This document shows positions 38,892 to 50,104 of a DNA stretch of 64,000 nucleotides, piece by piece. This DNA is from Eledone cirrhosa. Taxonomy: Eukaryota. A program made the translations under genes and the position numbers. The notes under the pieces are model-generated. The model was given only the letters and a program-made list of their open reading frames with translations. It was not told the DNA's origin and made no database searches. Each line of letters starts with the position of its first letter. Position 1 is the first letter of the stretch. The stretch lies in NCBI GenBank assembly GCA_964016885.1, contig OZ024747.1, positions 8,866,001 through 8,930,000 on the forward strand. Reading direction: 5' to 3'.

Positions 38892-39794
38892 TTAAACATA
38901 TTCATCATTTGCAATGCCAGGTTTCCACAAGCCAGATAAATCATCCCCTAGATGTATTCTCATATGTCTTTTTAAGTTACTGTTCTGTGAAAAGTTCTTC
39001 TTACATATTTCACACTGGAATGGTTTTAAACCAACATGTGATCGCAGATGTCTCTGAAAGTTGAAGTTTTGAGAGAAACATCTGCCACACAACTTACACT
39101 CAAATGGTTTTTCACCAGTGTGTACTTGAAAGTGTTTCTTTAGTGAGGAGCCTTCAATGAAATCTCGGCCACAGATTTCGCAGTGGTACGGTCTTACTCC
39201 AGTATGGATACGGCTGTGTTTCTGAAGATATTTACTGCATGTAAATGCTTTTCCACAGATTTCACAAAAGAATGATCTTTGGTCAATATGAATCTTCAGA
39301 TGTTGTTGCAAGTGTTCATGCCTCAAGTATTTATTACCACAAATATCACACCAAAACAACTTCTTGCCAATGTGTGATTTCATGTGTCTTTGAAAGTTAA
39401 AATTTTGAGTGAAATCCTTTCCACACATCTCACAGTGAAAAGGTTTTTCTCCTGTATGTGTCCGCAAGTGTTTTTTCAAATCGGAACTTTGTGTGAACTT
39501 CTTCCAACATACTTCACAGCTGAATGGTTTCTCACCAGTGTGTGACCTCAGATGCCTCTGTAAATTGCAGTTCTGCGAGAAGTCTTTCCCACATAACTGG
39601 CAGTTGAAAGGCTTCTCGCCGCTGTGCAACTTGAGGTGCCTTTGAAAGTTGAAGTTCTGAGCAAAAGACTTTCCACACAGTTTGCAATGATAAGATTTCT
39701 CACCAGTGTGTAATCTCAAATGTCTTTTTAAGTTGCAGTTTTGAGAGAAATCTTTCCCACACAACTGACACTGGAATATCTTCATTGACATCAT
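38892..39794 (-). CDS. C2H2 zinc-finger protein, 10 tandem fingers, almost no non-finger sequence
   Basis: Intact 300-aa ORF with repeated QNxNxxRH helices and TGEKP linkers. Confidence 0.94.
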   Translation of the reverse strand: MMSMKIFQCQLCGKDFSQNCNLKRHLRLHTGEKSYHCKLCGKSFAQNFNFQRHLKLHSGEKPFNCQLCGKDFSQNCNLQRHLRSHTGEKPFSCEVCWKKFTQSSDLKKHLRTHTGEKPFHCEMCGKDFTQNFNFQRHMKSHIGKKLFWCDICGNKYLRHEHLQQHLKIHIDQRSFFCEICGKAFTCSKYLQKHSRIHTGVRPYHCEICGRDFIEGSSLKKHFQVHTGEKPFECKLCGRCFSQNFNFQRHLRSHVGLKPFQCEICKKNFSQNSNLKRHMRIHLGDDLSGLWKPGIANDEYV

Positions 39795-40642
39795 GTTTTA
39801 CAGAAAAAAAAGGAACATTTGAAATTGTGTACACACGCACATACATATATGTGTATGTATGAGTATATTTGTATTCAGTATGTGCACATATATGTAATAT
39901 GTATATGTGCACACGTGTAAATATGTAAATATATATATTGTATATATGTCCTTATTTAGGTAAAAACCTATTTATATTCACGTGTGCATATATAACTTCT
40001 ATATATAATACATCTGAACAAACATGTTTGGTCTGCATGTATACACATTTATATATACATGTTAACTTTCAGTAGGTAGTATAAAAATAATGTCCGTTGC
40101 TGTTAAACCTGTTCCTATGCAAGTTGGTTGATTCATTAAGAACCTCTCTTTTATTTCAATTTGTTGATTGGCAGTCTCAATTAATACACAATTATGTGTG
40201 TGTGAGTATATATATATATCTATAGGTGTATGTGTCTGTGAATATATATATGTACGTCATATAAATTATTCATTCACTTTGATGACAATTCCAGTGACTT
40301 TTATTCTCAGTCTTCAAATTCTGGAAAAGAAAATTAAAACATGACTATAAAAAGAAACATGTTTGTACATATGTATGTATACGTGTGCGCATGCATATAA
40401 ATATATATATATATATGTTAGCAGTAGCACTAACATAGCATGATTCATATGAAGGCATATACAATATGTTTATGTATAATAAACATATATAAGTCTGGCT
40501 ATGAATATTTTAAGCTGTGATCATGTCTTCATTTTTGCCAGCTAAGAAGACTGGAACAATATGAAATAGTGTCTTGCTCAAGGATACAATGTGCCATCAA
40601 GAATTGAACTAATGATTGTGGGCTGCTGAACATCTTTCACGA

Positions 40643-40678
<36 letters not shown>

Positions 40679-40684
<6 letters not shown>

Positions 40685-40830
40685 AGGGTTGGCTGAAAAG
40701 TTCATAGATTGATTGTGAAGGAGTGATGCTAGGCTGTGAAATCTTGCATGCATTAATTTCAACTTTTTTAATAACTGCATTGTTTCTTTCCTCATTTGGT
40801 CATTCCATGAGAGGTTCTTGGTCAGCATAT
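40679..40830 (+). mobile_element. mariner-derived deletion derivative inserted at (TA)n
   Basis: Left TIR GCGAGGGTTGGCTGAAAAGTTCATAG and the shared internal GCATTAATTTCAAC...AACTGCATTGTTTCTTTCC. Confidence 0.7.
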
Positions 40831-40904
40831 GTCTGTTTATATATAAAGTGGCATCAATTCATTTAAAGAGAAGAGTATATTATTTCTGTTCATTTAATCA
40901 CCAT

Positions 40905-41272
40905 TCAAACTATTGGTGGATGGGTGCTACACAGGAATGCTGAGGATGGCTCTGAACATTAATCAGTATACACTGAGGATGAAGAACTCAGAGCTGTACG
41001 GGAGCCTCCCAAAAGTCAGCTCAAAAGTGACACAGAGGAGACTGAGGTTAGCTGGACATGCTCACCGACATCCAGAGTTGACACTGCACTCAGTGTTCCT
41101 GTGGGAGTCCCTGCATGGACACACTGGAAGAGGAAGACCGAGGTTAACATATGTTGATGCCCTAAGGACAGACACTGGTCTCTTGGAGATGCAGGACATC
41201 GCAGCGATAATGAGGGACAGAGATCGCTGGAGAGAACTCGTCCATGGATCTCGGGAATTTTACCCGCCCTAG
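40905..41272 (+). mobile_element. RTE-X-like LINE 3' fragment
   Basis: DGCYTGMLRMALN...LYGSLPKVS...RRLRLAGHAHRHPE...RGRPRLTYVD...MRDRDRWR, followed by (TA)n. Confidence 0.8.
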
Positions 41273-42262
41273 ATATATATATATATATATAGTAATAATA
41301 ATAAATGTGAAGACTAAAATCCAAAGAGGGCTCGATAAGGATAAATATATATCAAATATATAAGAACCCTAGAGCAAATATTTATTAAAATAACAGATTA
41401 AAGTTTAAGCAAAGAATCACTGCGTTCACCAGAAGATCCCGTTAAGGGCAAAAGCAACGATTCTTGGCTTAAACTTTAATCTGTTATTTTAATATATATA
41501 TATATATATAGAGAGAGAGGAGACCTTTTTACTCTTCCAAATGATGAGTTGGCTCTGTGCATTCTGAGTTCAAATTCTGCCTCCTTGCAACTGATAGATA
41601 ATATCAACAATGGAAAGATCAAAGGAAACATTGACTCCATTAGTTTCATCTGATGATTAGCTCCCTACCTTTTTCTTTTAATGAATACATATTTTTTTAA
41701 AGTTTTCTATTGAATTTAAATCTGAAAATTATGCTGGTCACTGCAGGAATCTGTCTATTCATCAAATCAGACAGATAGACACATGGATAGATATATTTTA
41801 GGGCAAGCATATCAGGTATCTCTTGTCACAAGGTCTGCAAAGCTAACCCCTGCTTTAGCACGAAATGTGGCCTTAAAATGCTTGTTGTGTTGTACTGAAG
41901 GAATCTATGCCCTTGTGACTAATCTACCCATTTATCTAACCAGACAAATAGATACATAGATATATAGATTCTATGACAAGCATGTCTGATATCCATTTCC
42001 AAATGTTGCTAAGATACAGACTATACAAAGTCGATAATCAGATTAGTTATTTAATATAATCTGTCTTCCAAAACATTCCTTTAAAAGAAAAAAGTTATTT
42101 TTGATTTCTATCATAAAACACAGACATAGTTATATGGTTAAGCAATTTGTTTTGCAACTACACGCGACCAGGCTCAATCCTTATGTGTAACACACTAGAC
42201 GAGTGTCCTCTAATAAAGTCTTCAGCGAAAACATTTAGTAGACAAAATATCTGTGCAGAACA

Positions 42263-42437
42263 CTGAGTGTGAATACACACAGTGCGAGTGTGAATACACA
42301 CAGTGTGAGTGTCAATACACACAGTGCGAGTGTGAATACACACAGTGTGAGTGTCAATACACACAGTGCGAGTGTGAATACACACAGTGTGAGTGTCAAT
42401 ACACACAGTGCGAGTGTGAATACACACAGTGTGAGTG
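42263..42437. repeat. 21-bp tandem repeat with 42-bp higher-order alternation, about 8 copies
   Basis: (G/C)AATACACACAGTG(C/T)GAGTGT units. Confidence 0.9.
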
Positions 42438-44019
42438 ATTATAAATGTTTTTTTTTTCAAAGAACAGAGAAAAAAACAGTTAAATAAGGTAGTAAATACA
42501 ACAATAGAGAAAATACAAATTTATTTCATATAGAAATGAATGAAACAGTTCTAGTCCTGTAGAAGTTATTTTTATATATATACATACTCTTTGAGAGAGC
42601 AAAGACATGGGACGAAGTTGTAAAGAATGATCTCAAGAAACTGAATCTCACAAAAGAGATGTCACAGGATTGAGTTCACTGGTGACACTGTTTTAGAAAA
42701 AACCTACCCACCAGTACAAGTACAGCAGCATTTATGCAAATTTTGTGAGGGATCAGGACCTGCATGATTTGCCGATAGTAATAGGACCAGCTGACAAACA
42801 AACCAAGTCAACATAGAATAAAGAAGACTCTTTGGTCTTGTCAAGGACTTGACAACCTCTTTAATGCTGATGCCATGATAAAATGTACTCAGTACACTCT
42901 GTAAAGTGATTAGCATTAGGAAATGAGAAAGATTAAATTCTGCATAAAATCCTGACTTGATATTGACAGAAAATAATTTTTTATCAATTTTGTCTGTCCA
43001 TTTACATCAAAATTGTGATGCATGTGTTTAATAAAATATTTGGCTGAGGTTTCTAGCATCTTTTCAGACAGTAGGGTTTGTGATTTAGTGACAACCCCTC
43101 ATCTATTTTTAATGAAATTTTGCAGAAGAACCTTTTTTAAGATGTACGCTATGTTGATAAAATTATTATTATTTAATTCAGAAAAAAAAAGAAGTTATAA
43201 ATATTTTGCATAATTAATTGCCAATATTTTCAGAGTAAAATTACTTACTAGATGATTAAATTGAGATGGATTTTGTGTGCTTTGTTGTCATTTTAAATCC
43301 GTCAAAGTCATCAGATTTCTGTTGAATGTAGCTAAATATCTATTGGATTTTCATATGTCTCAGTTTAGGGCTTAACAACTATGGTAAGCCTATATATATA
43401 TATGTCTTTGCACATATAAACTTGTTTATCTGACAGGATATCGAAAAAGAGTCGGCCTACGTCAGCTTGATTGTACCCTCAGCTGATCGATATTGAAACA
43501 ATTGTAATATACCAATAAAGTTTGTACATATGCTGTAACACTGACTTCGAATCTTCTTAATCTCTCTCTCTTGAGAGAGAAGTGTAACTTGATTCTCCTT
43601 TAAATTCTGATTTTAAATGCTCTGCTTATCTCCTTTATGCATCACTAACGCTTTATAAGCTTCAACTCTACCTTTCGCAATGCTTGTTAGGATTGCATGA
43701 ATAAACATTGGGTTACACTCTGCTTTTACGCCAGGCATTTAATCTTATATATCTATCTCTACTCTCAAAGTTATATCTGTATAAATACTGAGTGTGTAAC
43801 CGAGACTACACCAACATGTATAAATATATACACATCTAATTTGGAGGCATGTAAATATGCCAGATAATACAATTTCCCTGTAATTGATTTTCAGGTGTAA
43901 TCAACGCATCACCCTGTTTGAGAATCGAACTCACATTCTCCCGATTGCAAGCCCAACACTCTAACCACTAAGCTGTATGAAAATTGCTTAGAAAAATATT
44001 TTTTTTAAATCCTAGCAAT

Positions 44020-44400
44020 CTCCAAGTATCGGTTGCTCTCCGACAGGTTTGCAGTTGAGCCCCTAGCAGTGGAGACTTCTGGTGTCCTTGGCCCTAGGGC
44101 TACCTCCCTACTTAACACCATAGGCGCTGAGCTGGCGAGTCACAGGTATAAGCCTCGTGAGATGGAATGGCTCTTCCAGTGCATCTCTCTTACTATCCTC
44201 CGGGGAAACGTTTTGTCCATTCTGTCCGCCGGGGCCGTAGGGCGGCCAGCACGAGGGATCCCATTTGCTCATGATAGTGAGAGATGGGCAGGGCGAGAGA
44301 GACGGAAGCGATGACAGTGGGAGTTTGACTCCTCTGTGTCCGGACCTGGTGTGCGTGTATGCCTACTGTCTTATCAATATATTGTCTAAACACACTTATC
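44020..44400 (+). mobile_element. CRE-like non-LTR retrotransposon 3' fragment (RLE C-terminus)
   Basis: GC-rich island encoding PLAVETSGVLGPRATSLLNTIGAEL...REMEWLFQCISLTILRGN, resembling the CRE P.A.ET.G..G...RE..FLFQR.S.AIQRGN motif. Confidence 0.75.
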
Positions 44401-44441
44401 ACCACTTCTACCACAACCATCTTTACAGGTATAGAATTTTC

Positions 44442-44761
44442 GGCACTACAACGCTATTAGCTGTCAGTCGTGAAAGCAGGCGATGGTGACGTCATTCGTC
44501 ATCGTTTATTTCCGTATTACTACCACCACGCGTAAGTGGAGTTTTCCCGCGTTTTTTATTTTTTTTATTAAAGCATATCGATGTAAGTGGAGTTACTTAA
44601 ATGAAAATATAGGTGGCCCTTAAAAGGGCCAAATTAGAAAACAAATTTAAGTTAATTAGAAAAAAAAAAACCTCCACTTACGCGTGGTAGTAATACGGAA
44701 ACAAACGATGTTTTGCTTTCATCGGCTGCTTTCGACTGACAGCTAATAGCGTTGTAGTGCT
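44442..44761. mobile_element. MITE with GGCACTACAACGCTATTAGCTGTCAGTC TIRs and an internal histone stem-loop; possibly Merlin-like
   Basis: About 29-bp TIRs, long subterminal inverted repeats (CATCGTTT.TTTCCGTATTACTACCAC..GCGTAAGTGGAG), and flanking 8-bp direct repeat GAATTTTC (44434-44441, 44762-44769). Confidence 0.8.
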
Positions 44762-45127
44762 GAATTTTCGAAACATATTTTAACCTTTGTTTCAATTTTT
44801 TTTAGTTTCAGTTCTCATCTCATGCATTAATTCGTAGCTAACATATATATAATATTCCATAGTTCAGTAACTTTGTAAACATTTTGACAATACAGTAAGA
44901 ATAAGGTGGTTGACTGGGCCGACTTAGCTTTAATAGTTATTTATGTCAATATGTCATTATTTTATAACATTTAGACTCGGCAATGGTGGGAGGGAGAGCT
45001 AACAGCATCCATAAATCCATAATTAAAAATGAAATTTAATTAAAAAAAGACATACTGGTCGGCGCCATAACGCGCGCGCGCACACTCAGATATGCATCTT
45101 CTTCATTACACGTACTAAGATTAAACG

Positions 45128-45173
<46 letters not shown>

Positions 45174-45245
45174 AAAGACGTAAGATAAGAAAATATTTGT
45201 GCGCCTATGTTAGTTGATATATTAAATTATCTATATATATATATA

Positions 45246-45609
45246 TATAAATGAAAGGTATAGAAATTGTTGTAGCGAGAAGCTAACAGTATTCCATAAC
45301 ATATATGCGACTATAGCGTCAAAATGGGAAAAATAGTTAACGTAAGATGTGGGAAAAATAATTCAAACTCATCTCAAATAGAATCAGGATATAAATTCAT
45401 CCACAGAATTTAGTGAAATCCAGGGAAAAATCAATAGAGCCTTAACTCATGATAAAATAAAGTCTAAAATACTCATCCTTCAATTTGGAAAAACTTCAAA
45501 TGCTCTGTATAGTCTTAAAGACTATTTCATGAAAACTTTCAGTGGAGATGGTCACGGTTGGATTTCGATCGTCAGCAGAGCTCAACTCGATAACCAGGAC
45601 TCTCACAGA

Positions 45610-45610
<1 letters not shown>
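45246..45610. repeat. (TA)n-embedded dispersed repeat, probably Penelope-associated
   Basis: The first about 210 bp closely match 61433-61643. Both copies begin directly after (TA)n. Confidence 0.7.
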
Positions 45611-45640
<30 letters not shown>

Positions 45641-45699
45641 AGTATATATATATATATATAATATATGTGTGTTGACAGCATTAACATTGAACGTATTTA

Positions 45700-45830
45700 A
45701 TTATTTAGAGGTAATATCACGTGAACACAATCACGTGACAAATCACATTATTCTTTCAAAAGGAAAAGCTTGGCGCCATTTTTCTCCAGGGAATAGCGCA
45801 AGCGCCATCAAACGCAAGAGAAAAGAAGCA
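45700..45830. promoter_or_regulatory. Promoter-like CpG-containing patch (two E-boxes, YY1-like site)
   Basis: TCACGTGA occurs twice (about 45717-45740) and GGCGCCATTTT once (about 45772-45782) in otherwise CpG-poor DNA. It is a possible promoter of the minus-strand ZNF at 39794. Confidence 0.3.
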
Positions 45831-45909
45831 GCAAAACATAAGAAAATGGTAAATAATATCAGTTTCCATTTATTAATATATTGTATATATATGTATGTAT
45901 ATATATATA

Positions 45910-46850
45910 TATAATGAGAATCTAAATTATGTTAATTTAAAATCTAACCACCCCATTAACATTAAAAATGCTATAGTTAGTAATATTGGAAAAAGAATAT
46001 CAAACCTATCATCTAATAAAAATATTTTTGATGCTAACGCCAATTACTATAATAATGCGCTTTCTAAAGCCGGTTATCCTGATAAAATCAAATACAGTAA
46101 AGAAACCAATCCTAGAAGATCTTACAGTAAAATAATTAATTATGATCATTCCAATAACTTTAATAAAAGACCTAGATACAAAAATATAATCTGGTATAAT
46201 GCTCCTTTCTCTATTTCTATTAATAATAATATTCCTAAATTATTCTTTAGTGCCTTAAATAAATGCTTCCCACCCTCACATATCTATAGTAAAATATTTA
46301 ACAAACATACAATAACATTTTCCTATTCCAACATCTCCAACATTATCTCTAAACACAATAAAATATTAAATACTAAATCTCTTCCTTCCTTCCAACACTG
46401 AATGTCATAATAATAGCAGTAGTACTCCCGACGTCATTGTTAACTCTAGGCTAGTTTCTGCAAACTCAAATACGACGTCAAACGTAACTTCGTCAAATGT
46501 TCTTAATACCAATCTAAATCAGGAAACTATTATTCCTATCGTAAATAACTTCTCCAATCCAATTCCTCCTATAGATAACACTAGGTCAGTTATTAATAAC
46601 GTTGTTAATTTCTCTAATTGCAATTGTAATTGCCCTGTTAAAAATAAATGTCCTCTCAACAACCATTGTCTTGAAAAAAAACTTAGTCTATGAATGTAAA
46701 GTTATAACTGATACCAATTCCTTTACCTATTTTGGCTCCACTTCCACCTCCTTCAAAGCTCGTTTTTATAATCACAATTCTTTTTTTAAATACCAACTTA
46801 AAAGAACCAACACGGCACTCTCAGAACTCATATGGTCCTTCAAAGGGTTA
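45910..46850 (+). mobile_element. Penelope-like retroelement fragment (post-RT region + C-terminal GIY-YIG endonuclease), disrupted
   Basis: SNHP.NIKN...RISNLSSN...YNNALSKAGY and IIWYNAPFS...KIFNK, then CNCPVKNKCPLNNHCL /frameshift in A-run at about 46680/ LVYECKV...YFGSTSTSFKARFYNH. The fragment starts in (TA)n. Confidence 0.8.
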
Positions 46851-47839
46851 TATATATATTTCTTTAAAAATATACCCATTTATTTCATTATTATTTATTA
46901 TACATTATATATCATTCCTATTTATCACTTTCCTTTCTTCCTCTTTTCTTTTAATTTCTAACCTCTAATCTGTACTTTTTCTTCCTAACTATCATTGGCC
47001 ATAAAAATTATTATTACCTTTTAAATACTTTATAGCATTACCTTTAAAAATCCTTCGTAAACATAAACATTTTTTTGACGTTAGATTATCCCTCCTCAGT
47101 TCATTATATTTTTCTCCCTTTCATGCTCGTCTGACTTTTACATATCACAATACATAAAAACAAACTTAAACCCTAACTAATCTCCTTTATTACATTATAT
47201 TATTACCATTAGAAAATACTTCATAAACATATATATTTTGATGTTAGAGTCTTCTCTTCCTTAAACACTATTTTCTTCTTTGCTTTCTGCGCTCATTTGT
47301 AAACAAACTATTTACATATATTACGCATACATATTACATTACATAAAAAAAAAATTAAACACTAACTAATTCCTCTAAATTCATAATTCCTCCACTCTTC
47401 TACTTCTTTTCACCTTATATCCTTAATAACATTAATATTTTTATTTTAATAATACATATTAACAATTTCTTTTCATCGCACATATTATTAAACCCTTCAA
47501 TATACAAACCTTAATTTAACATTATTCTTAATTTTTTTTTCTCTTCACCAACTTTTTATTTTCAAATTCTTTTAAATTATATATTTATCTTCCAACGGCT
47601 TTTTAACCTCTCTCTGTGAAACAATATATATTTTTTCTCAGTTATAAAGGCTATCTCTCTCTTTCTATCACCCATCTCTCCTCCTATCTCATTCTTCCTT
47701 ATTATACTCCTCCCCCACCATTCTTTACTCTTATCTCCTCCTCTTTTTCACCCTTTCCAACCCCCCTTCACCTTTTTCCCAATATCACACATCAATCTTA
47801 AATTACTTTTCATATGTTGATTTAAAACTTCACTATTCA

Positions 47840-48302
47840 CAAGTATATATATATGTGTGTGTGTGTATGAATCTATATATATATATGTATATGTATATAT
47901 ATGTATGTATATGTATATATATGTATGTATATGTATATATATGTATGTATATCTATATATATGTGTGTGTATGTATATATATGTGTGTATGTATATATGT
48001 GTGTATGTATATATATGTGTATGCATATGTGTGTGTGTATGTATATATAAATGTGTGTGTGTATGCATATATGTGTGTATGTATATATATGTATATATAT
48101 GTATATATATATATATGAAGATAAATTAACGGAGCCATAGTCGCGTTATTCCCTGTAAATTATGTGCTCAAAGGGAAAGGAATCCTATACAAATTGTATA
48201 TATATATATATATTGTTGTATATATATGTATATGTGTATATATATGCATGTATATGTGTATTTGTATATATGTATATGTGTGTATGTATGTATATATGAA
48301 TG

Positions 48303-48337
<35 letters not shown>

Positions 48338-48350
48338 GTATATATATAGA
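47840..48350. repeat. Compound (TA)/(TG)/(TATG) microsatellite with a short unique insert
   Basis: Directly visible. Confidence 0.9.
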
Positions 48351-48396
48351 TGTAATCTGAATAGTATGGTAGAATATTAAGTGTTAAATGTTAATT

Positions 48397-48433
48397 GAAC
48401 AAGTACTTTCATGCTTTCGCAATCTTCAGGTTC
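48397..48433 (-). ncRNA. Minimal type-I hammerhead ribozyme motif
   Basis: Minus strand GAAC-CTGAAGA-TTGCGAAAGCAT-GAAA-GTAC-TT-GTTC. It has stem I GAAC/GTTC, an intact CUGANGA and GAAA core, stem II TGC/GCA with a GAAA loop, palindromic stem III AGTACT, and NUH = CUU. Confidence 0.7.
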
Positions 48434-48739
48434 TTATTCTGTGGTGACAGTCAAGTTTGCACTTTTCAACTGTAATGAGATGGGTACATTTTGTGCCTTA
48501 TATACCGTGAAAAGCGGCTTCAGAATTCTAAATTTTGAAAACTGTATTTCGACCAATCGGTGTGTAGTTTCACTGGATTACTGAAGCTGATTGGTTTAGG
48601 CATCACAGTTGGTTGAGCATGTCTAACGACTTCTATTTGGCTCTATTTGGCTTCTATTTGGCATCAATTGTTTTGCTATTTTTAGAAATGATGTAAATAG
48701 CATTTTCTAGGGTTTTTATACCCCTAAGAATTATTCTTG

Positions 48740-49640
48740 TTCATTTACAGTGAGTACTGGGTGTTTTTTGTTGTAATTCCTCCACGACTACTTTACAGTA
48801 TGGACTGGGCGTTTTTTACCGTGTCACCATCACGACCACTTTACAGTGTTTCGGCCTGTTCTCATGAAAGATATATTGGTGGGTGGGATGGAGTGGTACA
48901 TACTGTATGTATGTTTCAGCCTTGGCCTGGGCCCGTGGGAAGTTGGGGTTGGGATTTCTGTATTACCTCATAACGCCAGAGATCTTGGTCCTGTGTCATT
49001 GCCTTTCAGAGGTGCAATTGGGCAAGGTCGGCTTTTATCACTTCATCTCAAGTCTTTCTGGGACTTTATGTAGCTGTCATCCTTCATACGAATCACATGT
49101 CCATACCAACATAATCTCCTCTCCTGCACACAACATTTGATTCCTCTTATGCCTAGTTTCTCTTTCAGTTTGTTTATGGTTTGCTGTTCACGTATATTAC
49201 TATTACACATCCATCGGAGCATACAAGCTTCATTCCTTTCTAATCTACGCAAGTCTTCTACACACAGCGCCCAGCTTTCATCACTACCATGCAACATTGC
49301 AGTTCATATGCACACATCATACAGTCTACCTTTTATTCTGAGGGAAAAGCCTTTTGTATCCAGCTGTGGCAGTAGCTCCCTCAACTTCTTCCATCCCGTT
49401 CTTTCAGAACCCCCCCCCCCTGCTAATTCGGTATTGTTTTTACCAAGTCCTCCCAGACTTTGATGTCACTTGTTTTCAGTGATTGTTTGCTGCTTACTGT
49501 CCTGGTGCAACTGCTACATGTAAAACCTACATTCTTAACTAAACTTCCTGAGATCCCACTACATCTCTTGTGTACCCATAGTTTGCATATGGGGCAGAGG
49601 ATGGAGTTTCTACCTACACCTCTCCTACATAATGAGCACA
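48740..49640 (-). mobile_element. RTE-BovB-like LINE fragment
   Basis: CSLCRRGVGRNSILCPICKLWVHKRCSGI (Cys-rich insert) and MLHGSDESWAL...RRLERNEACMLRWMC...VQERRLCWYGHV, plus 3'UTR-like sequence shared with 34817-35415. Confidence 0.85.
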
Positions 49641-50104
49641 CACACACACATATATATACACACACACCCAGCATGGAGTTTCTACCTACACCTCTCCTAC
49701 ATAATGAGCACACACACACACATATATATACACACACACCATGGAGGCACATGGCTTAGTGGTTAGAGCATTGGCCTTGCAATCAAAAGGTTGTGAGTTC
49801 AATTCTCAGACCGGGTGATGTGTTGTTTCCTTGAGCAAGACACTTTATTTCACATTGCTCCAGTTTACTCAGCTGTAGAAATGAGATGATAGGGACTGGG
49901 GACCCTATCATTCCACTGCAAAGTGGTCGTGGAGGTGCCACGGCAAAAAAACACCCAGCACTCACTGTAAATGAGGTTGGTGTTAGGAAGGGCATCCAGC
50001 TGTAGAAATCAAGCCAGCATCAGTTCCCGTCCCACCCTTGCAAGCAGGGAAAAGTGGACGTAAAATGAAATGATGATGATGATGATGACCCACATATATA
50101 TATA

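Noticed and set aside
42253-42438. Metallothionein-like ORF (CECEYTQ)n
   Set aside because: Product of a 21-bp tandem repeat that is open in several frames and on both strands, with a non-ATG start.
43470-43520. CTGATCGATATTGAAACAATTGTA hammerhead-like motif
   Set aside because: The palindromic stem III and GUA are present, but the core has an extra base and no stem I could be formed.
45555-45600. Minus-strand CTGACGATCGAAA as a hammerhead core
   Set aside because: Only 2 nt are available for stem II, and no convincing stem III/NUH/stem I arrangement was found.
49741-49820. tRNA gene candidate (TGGCTTAGTGGTTAGAGC...GAGTTCAATTC)
   Set aside because: Continues into the SINE body shared by many copies and has no proper acceptor stem, so it is treated as a SINE head.
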